Source of the DNA: Phoronis australis
Taxonomy: Eukaryota > Animalia > Phoronida
Reading direction: 5' to 3'
NCBI GenBank assembly: GCA_002633005.1
Contig: NMRA01000142.1
Location: forward strand, 726,860 to 790,859
Length of the DNA stretch: 64,000 bases
The position numbers were made by a program, and so were the translations under genes. The notes under the pieces are model-generated. The model ran no database searches and was not told where the DNA came from. It was given only the letters and a program-made list of their open reading frames with translations. Below, one piece after another: positions 12,254 through 30,225 of this stretch (position 1 is its first letter; every line of letters starts with the position of its first letter).

Positions 12254-15200
12254 CTGAAAATGTTACCATGGTAATGCACTTTGAACCACATTCAAAACTA
12301 GCGGACCTAATTCACAACCACATCATGCAGAACCAACAAAGACCAAAGTGAACATTAGTTAGATAATCAAATTAATTAATCAATGCTACATGATGAAGTT
12401 TGTAATTTTATTCTCTGGTGTGCTTTGGGTACATCTGTCAAAATTAATCATTTTCAGAAACATAATTAAATCTTAAAAGGAATTGTTAACTTGTTTGAAC
12501 ACAGTTTAGATTCTGTTTAGCACATTCTACAGACTAAAAAAAGAGCAGTTTGATATCTTTCTATAAAAATGACTTTTGTAAAAGAAAAATACTCCTCAAA
12601 CTGGAAGTGAACTGCAATGCAATGAGCATGCTTTGAAAATGTCAGTCAGTTTGAGTCGTAAGTTGCCTTTTGCTTCTTCATTCTGTTAAGTGCACAATGG
12701 TGGGGATGTTCGTTGATTATCATATGACGTGGGCAATTATGCATGAAATGGGTTTTAAAACATTATATAACTGTGAGTTGATCAGACACAGAATGATCAC
12801 ACGGTGGAACTTATACACACCATGACAAATTCTGACTTGGAGAATTGTCGTTTTTATTATTTTTGCTTTGACAGAAATCAACTATTAAGACGCAAAATAC
12901 ATTTCAGAGTATGCAAAATATGCCAAATTGAACAAAAATGCCTTCACAAGTGGCAAGAGTCCCCTGTAATTGTTGTTCACCTGGCCCATCTCATCTGAAA
13001 CACATGTAGCTGAAATGATGTACCACCCCTCTCCTCTGTGTGTTCCATTACCCAGAAATAAGACTTTGATTGTCTCCAGACAATGGATCACAGACCCATG
13101 AGTTGTGTTTATTACGTCCACTTCCTAATGTTACATACATAGCTAAATAGGGTCAGGCGAACAGACAAAATGTTTAAAATAACCAATTTGTATTTGTTTT
13201 TGAAGAATAACGCTGAATGTACTGGCATTTCTCGTTGTTTTTGTCAAAAACAGTTCACAAAGTTCCATCTTATTCTGACTGGCATAAAACCAAAATGTTA
13301 CCAAAAGAGAAACTGTCCTTGAAAATGTACAATAAATAAAAACTTACCGAACATAATGTCACCATGAATGCCACAACCAGGAAGAGGGCATCAAACAACG
13401 CGCCTAGAATGACCAGCCAATCCCAGCCAAAGTTCACGATGAGGTAATAGGCAAAGTACAAAGTAATGAAGGTGACTGCGAGGGCGCATATGTCGAACAA
13501 CAGGAACCACACCCTGTAATGGAAACAGGAGACTAGATATGACAGCAACCAGTCACATCCTGTATACCTACAGTGAGTTTTATAAAACCAAGACTTGCTG
13601 TGTAAACTAAAACCATTAAAACCTAGCTATCGTATACTAGGTAAGTAAGAAAGGGACTTCAATCGTCATTTGTTTCTAAGTTGAAAACATTTTTGATGGA
13701 AGAGGTGAGTGATGTCATTGTGTGTGGAGGCAGTCATTAGATGATACCTAGCTGCCTTGAGTATGCCTGCTATGTCACTGGTCTCAAATTATCAACCACG
13801 AAACAAATAAAGATTACAGCGACATTAAACCCACAAAAAACAAATTTTGATTTGGGCTACTTACCATTATAAACTTTGTTTCAAACTATTTCTTAGTTAA
13901 AATTGAAGGTCTTTAAAAGACCTGGCAGTTCGTTATTGCTCAAGACCTGGCTCATAAAATTCCAGGTAACAACTTTTTGACAGGAAGTGCCCGGTTATCA
14001 TCACTCTAAGCTCCTTCTTGCAAGTACAGTGCTTCGGAAAATAAGCTGTGAGGCAAGGTTTTTTCTTTCTGTCACAACAATTGAGAGTAAATGACAAAGG
14101 AGTCGAGACTAAAGGGTGTGTGTGACAAAGATGAGAGGTCTGAGCTACAGACTCCCAGGGTTAAATCCGGGTCATACTGACACACAATACTGCATCAAGT
14201 GAACGTGTCTTCTGCTTCTGAGCTGAACTTCAATAGTTAATGAAAGGGAGTGCAAGTGAAGCTGGCTGGTTCTGTGCCATGAAGGCAGGAAAAAGAGATT
14301 TGATTCTTTAACATTTTTGTTACAGGTGCATAGCTTAGTGCGGTAAAGTTTCCTAAAACTTGAACAAAAATAATTACCAAAAACGACATTTTTTCCAACT
14401 TTCAAAAGCCAGCTGTATTGTTGAAATGCTCAAATTACCTTGTGTTTTTTGATTACAGTTGTACAGATATAAACTTTGGAAATAACGAAGTGAAGTATTC
14501 TTCCTGTTTACTTTAATAAAAGTAAACTTTGTTGACTATTTTTATAAAATAATTTTTCACTATTCCACCACATTGTCTTCTAAATTGAAGATTGAAGAAA
14601 CTTAACCATGCTACACTGGAGCGTAAATCCCATTGTGCGAGACCACTTTGACTAGGCGCAAGGCAAGTAGGTCAAATTTAAGCAGATATTTTGAGCAATG
14701 AGGTGTTATGTGTTGGCTAATCAGTCTCTAGTTTACGTTGGGCAGCGACTACAAGACTTACTATTCCTTCCTAAATATACCTATTAGTCTCATTCATACT
14801 GTTTTCATTTTCTACGAACTGCCAAATATAAATGAACTCACAAGCTCACATTTTGTCTCCCAATGCTCGGAAAGTTTTTGATTTATCTTATGAAATTATC
14901 CACAAACTTTACAACTCTATTCATTTTCCACGGGTATGTCATTTTCCATATTTTCCAAGGTGAATGGATACTGTGACATATTCCTATCAAGCAACAGTAC
15001 CGCCCCCTACCTGTTGTTCTCGCCAACACAATTGTAGATGTAAGGGCAATGGTGGTCAAACACTTTGACACAGCGGTTACATATGCGACAGTGTTTAGAG
15101 CGCAGTGGTTTAACAGTACGACACGTGTGACATAACTTGCTGAGAGGGTTTATGCCTTGTCGCCACTCGTCAAAGTGAGCCACCTAGGGGGAGAAAACAA

Positions 15201-18200
15201 TGATGCAACACAACACAAAAATACATCAAAAGAAAACAAAACAAAATCTCTATGAGGTAGAAATACAATTCATAAGCTCGAACCAAAAATACTCTGGCCA
15301 ATCAGGTGCCAGTCACAGTTATGTACACTCAGGTCATGTTTACAGAGTCTGGTTTTTTGTAATCTGGATAGAAGGCTTTGGGGTTCATCTACAAGACATT
15401 GCTTTCTGCCCTGCAATTGACAACACCTGACCCCTGGATTTAGTGGTCCAGTCCAGCGTGTACCTGCTCTCAGGCTGTAGTCCAGCCACTGGATTTAGAC
15501 ATTCGGCCCACAGTTTCGTTACAGGAGCAGTTTCTCCAAGCTGGTATCATGACTTATAGGAACACTCCTTGCAAGCATCTTGACAAACACAATGGCTGCT
15601 GTACACATTCGAGGGCTCCAAAAATCCAGTTAACATTACAGAAACTGATACAAGTTGATACATTAGTACATTCCATACCTGTTTTATGGCCATGTCATAT
15701 TCTGGAACATTCCTGGGTATGAAGCCAGGGTCTGTCTGATTGGCACGATAGAGAGTTATCCACATGGCAATGTTAGCGGTGACAAACAGGATATGTGTAA
15801 TTTCCAGATCATAGAACGTGTACGGTAGGCACTGGTAACAGAACAAAGGGTAAGTTCAGTTAATCAGCTAGGACAAGAAATATTAACGTTGCCTCGATGT
15901 TTGACCAATTACTCTGCGATACTTATCAAGCAGTTCTATGTGAAAATAGTAGGTATTATTGAGAAACCAAACATAGCAGTACAATCTGGAAACCTGGGCT
16001 GATTTTGCAAGCGTGTTTAGGCCATCTTTAGTTGTTACAGCGTTCTTAGAAAAATAAGCGAATGCATGGCGAACACAACCGGTGAATTAAATATTTTTCT
16101 AATTTCTACGTGAGACAAGGTGGAACTTGAGGTGGAGACCAGGGGTCTGTTTCAAGAAAAGAGACGTAAGACTCGAGACATGAATTTGATCTCAGGCTCC
16201 ACATAACTATTTTTGAAAAGTAATTAAATCTCACTTGAGCAAAAGTGAGTTTATGAGAATATACACGTAACCGCTAGCAACTGAGATGATTTCCATTAAG
16301 TATTCTCAGGCTGTGATGCGCTCATAATTACTTGGCTAAACTTTTATTCAGCAACTATTAAGAGGGAGAGCAAGAGCAAATATCTGTCTTAAAGTCGAAC
16401 TTGCACGCTAATTCCTTATCTCTATGATTGCTTGGTCAAATTAGTTAAAAGCACAAAATATAGCGAAGATATGAATATGAAGTACGTTGAAAATTGACAA
16501 ACGTTTTTAAGAATGAGTTTTGTGTCGAAAATGATCCGCTGTAAATCACTCAACTGTGTCCATTAAGTATCGTGATGTGGTGTTGGGAAATAACACTAAA
16601 TGATGCGGGTTATGTGAACCCCCGAGGTACGTCATTAACGCAAACGTCACCTATTTGCATAATTTTTTGTTTTCACATTTACAAGTTGTCAGTGAGTATA
16701 ACTGCACTTTGTTTAGCGTAGATGATGTTCAAATTACATTGCCGTTTAGTTCCAGCTATACATTAGCATAGTTAGGAGCATGCAAATACATCTTTAAGCC
16801 ACTTCCATGAAACGGGCCCCTGTGGATTGTCAGTCGAGTGCTTTAACCACTACACCACCCTCTCTCGACTCACGGTCTGAAGAAAAAATATTCATGTGTA
16901 AATCGATAAACAACACTACCTGTGAAGAGTACTCTTACCTTAAAAACATACATAGGGTAACCCCAGAAGATGAGACACACCACAAAGAACAATATAGGAG
17001 CCTTACTGTTGCCTGGGGGACCAAATATCAACATCCTGCAATATATAGAACAATAATCAATAATCAACAATCAACAATCACGTGAAACTTCCAACACAAA
17101 AAAAAATTTTCTCTGTCAAAATTAAACACCTAAATCCCGTTTTCAGAGAGTTTGTGTGTCCAGTCACAGCTAAGATAGTACTAGGTGTAGCAGCGTCTTT
17201 ACAAACGAACGAAAAGTTACACAGTCTGTACTCATACTTCATGATGCTATTCTAATTAAGACACAGATAGCTCAATAAGGTATAAAAACAGGTAAATGTC
17301 ATCAAGGTACCTAAACTACATGGCTAACGGACTCATAAACACAGTCACGGACCTGCGAACACCGTCCACTGACTTACAAACATGGGAACGGACTCACAAA
17401 ACACAATCCATTCACCCAAATACACAGATTACGGACTCACATTCACAAAGAAACACGGTTAACGGACCACCAAACATGGTTTACGGACAAAATGTAGATG
17501 TCAGCTGACGCAGGAAGCTGATGAGTTTGTGACCCGTGTTTGGCGGTTCGTTAACCGTGTTTCCTCGTGAATATGAGTCCGTGTCCCGTATATTTGGGTG
17601 AATGGATCGTGTTTTGTGAGTCTGTTCCCGTGTTTGCGAGTCAGTGGACGATGTTTGCAGGTCCGTGGGTCGTGTTCATGCAACCGTGACCGTGTTTATG
17701 AGTCCGTTAACCGTGAAGTTTAGGTACCTTGTGTCATGAAACCGGCAAGAACTTTCACCCGATAACAGTGCCCGAGAACACCAAACTTTATACGAGACTG
17801 TGCTCAAAAACTGACCAATCGTGGGGCACACTTCATGCATATTTTCAAACATTGAGCAATGCGAATTTTCAAATAGGGTTTTGTGTAAAGTTTGGTCACC
17901 TACTGCAAAGCTGGCAACAGGGAATGAAATCATTTTAACATCAGACAGCAATCACATATCTGTAGTTGTACTTCACCAAGATACGGAAATGTCCAACTTA
18001 CGAGACATCAAACTTTGGTATGATGCGCCCCTTGTCATTCAACTTTTTCTGCAGGAATGACTCGATATCGGCATGCTTACGTCCCCTGGCCAACATGAGG
18101 GGGGTCTTGCCGTTCTTGTCTTGCAGATCTACATCCACACCTTCCTAAAAAGCGCCATGATACTCCATTACACTTTCTACACAATTAAAAGCTCAACAAG

Positions 18201-21200
18201 GCCAAGGGTCGAGTCACACCAAGGTACAGTACAAATCAAAAGTAATCAGACAGAAAAAATACTGTTTCCCTACCATGACGTCGGATTCAGTTCGCAGCAA
18301 ACATGGATGGTTGTAAGTATTATGGCGGCAAAATTCGAATTGCAGAACAGTTTAGTAACCTTATTTACTTTTTTGTTAAGTTCCTTTCATTGACAGTCAT
18401 GAAGAAAGACTATGATGATGATGATGAAACTGGTTTCTGCCCAGCCATGATGACAGGGAATTGTGGGTCTTTTTGTCTGAATACTTTTAGCTTGTACTGT
18501 AGTTCTCAGGAAGATCTCTAAACCGGGAAAGCAACCGAGTGGGAAGTCACTAAGTAATGTGTAAACCGAGTACAAAACCTGCGGACTGTGTCGCAGTCGA
18601 GCCATGTTTTTTGACCAAAGTTTTCTGTTTCCAACAGTACACAGCTCGTTTCATCAACATGATGAGACAGGCATGAACGTCTGGAGAACAAGTTAGGCAT
18701 AACAAGGCCCTTTGGCTTCATAAACATGTCATACAGTCAGTCTCTAGATAACACATGATGATCTAACTCTATGGTCTTGCCAATTTCACGACAACTATTC
18801 AATGCTTTTTTGAAAACTATTTTGAGAAACACTTCTGCATCCAAACCTCACAGTGAAACCTTCGTAGAGGACATTTTCAAGAACAGACCAACTGCTCCAA
18901 CCGATTCCTTTCCTACATATGACATATCGAGACCAAATGTAAAATGTGGCATTGTCTTCCATTTTCTTCAGCAGAAGCATTTAGTAGAAGCCCCTAAAAG
19001 ACTATATGTTACAAGCTGTGTTGACTACCTTGGTGTTCTTGTATGGCGTGCATGTTTTATAGGAGTAGGAAACAAGGGATAAAAGGGGTGAGCACCCCCG
19101 TTCATGAAGGGAAACTATTGACCTTCAGTCTTTCACTTCGTTTCCTGCAGCTTTTCAAAATTGCGTCCAAGGTGACGTACTCAGAATATCAACATGTGTG
19201 TTCTCGACTTCAACTGCACCAAATGATGCAAAAACGCAGGTTCGTGCAAACACTGTCTACGATGTTACACGTCCCTGTATACCAGTGAATAAACGCAGTC
19301 TAGCAATCCACTTAGGTTCAGACTAATACTCCATCGGTCCACTTACTTCCTCGCATAACTCCTTGACTGCTACTAGGTTGCCACTAATACTGGCCAGGTG
19401 CAGAGGGGTTTGCCCATAGTTGTCTCGTTGACGAGGATTGAAGCCAGAGTAGATCAACAGCCGCATCAACTCTGAATAGCCTGGAGAGATGAAGCAACAA
19501 TAGAGTTCAGTGAAAGTTGTTCAGTAAGCAATCGATGAACAAGCAGCCATCTAAAATTATGAAATCCTTGACTATGGAAAGGCAGATCTGTGATGATATC
19601 TAACAATAATGGTTCCAAACGGAAGTAGCACATCGACATCCAAATTGGAAAAAAACAATTATCACGACTGACCTGTTTTCACTTTTCAAAGGCTTCTACG
19701 AATGTTATTCACAAAACATTGTCTGGTGGTAGCTACAGTAAAGAACTTAAAACATTTGTTTGATGCCACTTATCTTTAATGAGACACTGAAGAATAAGAA
19801 TGCACCCACGACTGCACCGCAAATGGCTCGTTTCTAGGGGTGTTTTTAGTATCAAAACCAGTCACTAGATGGTGCAGATTATGATAAGCCTGTCTGAAAA
19901 AGAGACGGCCTCATTGTCTCCCTAATAGAAGCCTATTTGTCAAATTTCATGAAAAGAGAACTGCCACAATGAGGCCCAGTGGTAGTTAGATCCGTCCGAA
20001 AGAAGTTGTTTTTGGCTTCCACATTCATAGGGATATACTTGAATGTCATATTTCACACAGATCCTGGAAGAGGCTAAGCAGATACAGTTGTGAATGCAAA
20101 GAACATTGTCACCAGGAGGCGCCACAGTAGACCGACTCATATGAAAATTAATGTCAGTCATGTTGTTGTCAAAGTAAAGCATCTGCAATTTTCTTCACAG
20201 GAACACATCGGCAAAGGGTCCTGCAAAGGGTTTAGGATATACAGCAGTGGACGCCATACGCCTATCCAGACAGAGATGACGGAAATATTCACCCACATAT
20301 GTATATAAAATTTCACTTTCAAAGTCAATTTTGAGATGAATTCATTTTATCATATTTTCAAATCCTGAGACCACTGACAAACCTTTAAAGGACGCCCAGT
20401 GCAGAGCGTTATCGCCATCTTTATCAGTTAGTTGTAGCCTGGCACCTTTACCCATTAGGTAGCCTGCCAAAATAGTCTGGCCATACTGTGCTGCCACTAT
20501 TAATGGTGTGCAGCCTTTCTGGTCCGTAACATCAATGGGCACACCAGTCTGTAGCAATATGTCCACCACGGCAACGTGACCGTTGACGCAAGCCCAGTGA
20601 ATGGGGCAGGCACCGAGTTCATTATCCGCAGCAAGGTCGACGGGACCTTTCGCTTCTAGAAAATAACGCAGCAACGCAGCGTGCCCTCCCAGACAGATCC
20701 AATGAGCAATGGTGTAGCCTTTATCGTCTCGGTGGTGCAGGCCGTCAACTCCGTGAGTGTCCACGTATTCTTGAAGTGGGACTAACAGACTGAAAACCGT
20801 AAGACACAGACGTGTAATACAGAGCAACCTCGACCTGATGGTCAGACAAAGAACAAATCAGGTTCACAAAAAACTAAAGTAGTGTTCTGTACATCAAAAA
20901 ATTCAAACTCGACTAGATTCATGTGCGTGCTTGAAAGTCCATGTCCATGTGGCGAGTTTGTGTGTAAAGACTTGAAATAAACGCATTGAACCGCTACCGA
21001 AAATTCAAAATGTCCTAATTTGCTGAAGAAATGACTAATCTCCCAATACTTTGTTGCATAGGTTACAAAACTATACACAAGTAAGCCAAGTTTGCCACAA
21101 CAAAATTCAAACACAAATGCAGTGAACGCTACAGTAATTTTACATACGTGCATGCTAGCACAAACATTAACATTAACTGCTATCATGGTTTTCTATTGAG

Positions 21201-23115
21201 ATTAAATCTGGTTTGATTACACATTTCTACTCACGACTATGATATATATATCTACAGCACGTATTCCATTTAGAACTTCTAAAAACACCATTAACAATGT
21301 TAAATACCATGAATACCACATTTTATAAGGTCATGCAATAACTATTATATACAGCTAAAAATAAACACTTTATACAACCAACTAGCCAAAGCTCAGTTTT
21401 GTTTAAAAATTTCAGGTCAGCTCATATCAACCTGGACAGAATCCCAGGTGAATTTGCAAAATCCAAGTCAAATTTTCAAGTGGAAAAAAATCCACGTCAA
21501 AAGTAGAAGTTAAGCCAAAACATTTGCGAACACTCAAAAGAAATTGAATTTGCTAGGCGGTGGATCTAGGATATCATAACGGGGGCCAACATTTTGTCTC
21601 GCAGGCAAACACGTAATTGTAGAGGCACATGCTGCCGGATGGGGGGAAAGGGCCTTTGAACGGTCAAATCTGCTTGTATCCGTGGCGGTGATGCTGTCTA
21701 ACTCTAGCTTTTTTCGCGCCCGGTGTCAGCTCCATAGAACTCCTTTTACTCATCACTTAATTGAAAATACCTCTTGCTTCACAATGAAAACACAGTATGA
21801 CGGTCGACTCCCACGCAAACAATGAATTAGAATGCAATGCAGCTCCTATAGGCGCTCCATACGCCGGAAGCTTTTCGGCGAATTATGCCTCGCACCGACT
21901 AAAACATCAAAGTCACGTTGTTATAAATACCTTTTGCGCATAGAGGAACACCTTAGGAGGTTGTCGATGTGTTTAATTCCTTCCAACTCGAACAAATACT
22001 CCCGTTATCAAACTTTTTCTTCGAGCAGTCCTTATTTCAGTTCCCAAAATCGTGAACTCAACATTTTTGCACTGTGCACGCCAAGAGATATGACCTCATT
22101 CTTTTAACCAGGCCGAAGGTAAGTAGTTGCGGTCCTACCGGCAAACTTTGAAAGCTGAAGTCCCCGCCCTCTGCGTATGTGCTGCCGGGGACCAGCCGTG
22201 CATTTGCCGTGTTGTTAAACATTAAAATGTCAAATATGTACACAAAGACTATTAAATGTCATATCAACAGCATTTATTTTTATCAAATACAAACAATAAT
22301 TCATTGAAATACAATCAGTTTCAAGTAACGCCAATTAAAGACAAGTAGTGGTGTCATTTTGGAAACGAACATTTGACTGACAAGACCGCAATGGCTCGAT
22401 AACCTTTGGCCTATTTAAAGATTGAGGTCATGAAGTCACATCACCCAGTGAGCGCGGTAAAAATTGGAGCGTGCGCAGTATGAAAATGGTGAGTTCACAA
22501 TTTTGGGAACTGAACGAGCGACTGCTCGAACAAAAAGTTCGATAACGGAAGTATTTGTTCCAGTTGGAAGGAATTAAACACACCGACAACCTCCTAAGGT
22601 GTCCCTCTATGCGCAAAAGGTATTCATAACAACGTGACTTTCATGCTTTAGCCAGTGCGAGGCATAATTCGCCGAAAAGCGCCTATAGGAGCTGCATCGC
22701 CTCTGGTCGGGCCAACAGAGGAGATGGTCATTGCCTATTTGAGCTGCAGTATGGGAGGAACATTGCCAAATCCATGGACGAGGACTCGTAGCTCCCTTGA
22801 TGATAAAAGCATAGTCACACCAACTGATATTACCCAACCTACTTCAACCGAAAATGATGAACCCTGTCTTGGTAACTATCAAAACATAGTCACAACACAG
22901 TCGCCAGTCGGTACTAGTTCGGCTAGCAAAACAGTCGGAACTCCTTAGTTTATTTCTTTCACTCACCCAGCTTTAACCTTGTCAAATATTGTTTGGGGTT
23001 TCGAGCCATTTTGTTTTTCGTCAGTGGCATCAGCTCTTGAATGATCACGTTTTTTTCTGTTAACAGAAAACGAGTCTAAAAGCGCTCCTCCGACACCGGG
23101 CGCTTGGGCCGACAT
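12059..23115 (-). CDS. Ankyrin-repeat DHHC palmitoyltransferase (ZDHHC13/17 HIP14 family; Patsas-like), complete, 9 exons, 538 aa
   Basis: Join (minus): 23115-22967, 20789-20383, 19480-19347, 18144-18002, 17035-16939, 15831-15679, 15183-15011, 13513-13348, 12253-12059 = 1617 nt. All GT-AG, phases 2,1,0,2,0,0,2,0 consistent. Contains ankyrin repeats, [40 protein letters not shown] and NPFNRG motifs. Confidence 0.93.
13348..13513 (-). CDS. DHHC palmitoyltransferase exon 8 (TM)
   Basis: [13 protein letters not shown]...FMVTLCS; donor GTAAGT. Confidence 0.9.
15011..15183 (-). CDS. DHHC palmitoyltransferase exon 7 (DHHC cysteine-rich domain)
   Basis: [42 protein letters not shown]. Confidence 0.96.
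15679..15831 (-). CDS. DHHC palmitoyltransferase exon 6 (TM, DPG motif)
   Basis: CLPYTF...[25 protein letters not shown]. Confidence 0.93.
16393..16793. mobile_element. TTAA-flanked MITE (Kolobok-like)
   Basis: TTAA|AGTCGAACTTGCAC ... TGCAAATACATCT|TTAA, imperfect TIRs. Confidence 0.55.
16812..16860 (-). repeat. tRNA-derived SINE head fragment
   Basis: The minus strand reads GGGTGGTGTAGTGGTTAAAGCACTCGACTGACAATCC...CGTTTCA: an A-box, an anticodon-like arm and a degenerate B-box. It is not a complete cloverleaf. Confidence 0.5.
16939..17035 (-). CDS. DHHC palmitoyltransferase exon 5 (TM)
   Basis: [32 protein letters not shown]; donor GTAAGA. Confidence 0.9.
17303..17731. mobile_element. Palindromic MITE with 6-bp TSD (TGTCAT)
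   Basis: TIR CAAGGTACCTAAACT / AGTTTAGGTACCTTG, long inverted arms with ACGGAC sub-repeats, and TGTCAT on both flanks. Confidence 0.85.
18002..18144 (-). CDS. DHHC palmitoyltransferase exon 4 (ankyrin)
   Basis: [31 protein letters not shown]...; donor GTAAGT. Confidence 0.92.
19347..19480 (-). CDS. DHHC palmitoyltransferase exon 3 (ankyrin)
   Basis: [44 protein letters not shown]; donor GTAAGT. Confidence 0.93.
20040..20310 (-). mobile_element. Partial Helentron-type element copy
   Basis: Homologous to ~9400-9700 (aagggtcctgcaaagggtttaggatatacag; cagagatgacggaaatattcacccacatatgtatataaaa). Confidence 0.5.
20383..20789 (-). CDS. DHHC palmitoyltransferase exon 2 (ankyrin repeats)
   Basis: GYTIAHW...[10 protein letters not shown]...[12 protein letters not shown]...[12 protein letters not shown]; ttttcag acceptor. 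Confidence 0.95.
21837..22697. mobile_element. Palindromic MITE (AGCTCCTATAGGCGC termini) with nested TIR element at ~22092-22429
   Basis: ~250-bp inverted arms at 21841-22080 and 22460-22693. Inner inverted repeats gacctcattcttttaaccaggccgaaggt / acctttggcctatttaaagattgaggtc. Confidence 0.85.
22967..23115 (-). CDS. DHHC palmitoyltransferase exon 1
   Basis: [10 protein letters not shown]...[10 protein letters not shown]; donor GG|GTGAGT; phase 2 matches exon 2. Confidence 0.8.
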
Positions 23116-23536
23116 GGTTTTTAATGCTACAGAAAATAAGAATTTGGCATTACTTGCCAGAAATAATTAAAGATAATATTTCAACTTTAACGTAACCCAT
23201 TACATTGTTAATAAGTTATGTAAGTCAAAAATACATATAAAAAGTTTAATGAAATTACATTACTTCAATAACGTGATAAAAGTTTTCATTTAGTTGCACA
23301 TTGCACATAATGATTTCTTTTTATTTAGAGTTGGCCAAACTGAACAGATTCAAAACTTTGATATTTTGGAGAAAAGCTTTCAAAAATCTATGAGTTAAAA
23401 TTATCACTTCCAAAAAACCACGCATAAAAACTACAAATACTTAAATACTGTGTTTTTCAAAGGCACATAGTCTTTAATTACCACACAATTCTTAAACATG
23501 TTATTTTATCAATTTTCATGACCAGCTGGTTTAAGA
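23116..23536. promoter_or_regulatory. Short divergent region between the DHHC gene and RBX1 ATGs (candidate bidirectional promoter/5' region)
   Basis: The two ATGs are 421 bp apart and head-to-head; the spacer is very AT-rich. Confidence 0.5.
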
Positions 23537-29870
<6,334 letters not shown>

Positions 29871-30225
29871 CTTCGGCTTGAGTGCAAGATTTTGTCTGGC
29901 GTGTTGGACTCGTATTTATTCTGTCGGCAAGCCTGTGTTAACAGACAATACTGGACATCAGGACTGGTAACAGATTGACTCGCCACCTGGTGTCTGAAGT
30001 GAATTTATTGAGCCTAGCTTCACCAGGGTTGTATTCAAGTTTATTTGTCAGTGCTGCACATGTGAAGAGCAGTCAACAGCTGCAAAGCAATAACAATGTC
30101 GCTGTTTTGACTGCAATGTGATTACCAATGGAAACTCTTGGAACTCCGTAAACTTTGACTGTGTGTGGAGAGCATACCTGCCACCTATCGGACAAAGGCA
30201 TTTTTAAAGACAAAATTTGTTGGAA

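Noticed and set aside
14130-14175. tRNA-like fragment (gactcccagggttaaatccgggtca)
   Set aside because: Too short and degenerate for a tRNA gene; at most a SINE remnant.
19043-19288. ORF with faint THAP-like words (SLRF, HVCSR, VP)
   Set aside because: It lacks the N-terminal CxxxxC, the conserved W and the H of the C2CH motif. At best an unrecognisable remnant.
22112-22124. Strong plus-strand donor GAAG|GTAAGT as a possible RBX1 upstream exon
   Set aside because: It lies within the TIR of a nested MITE and has no independent support.
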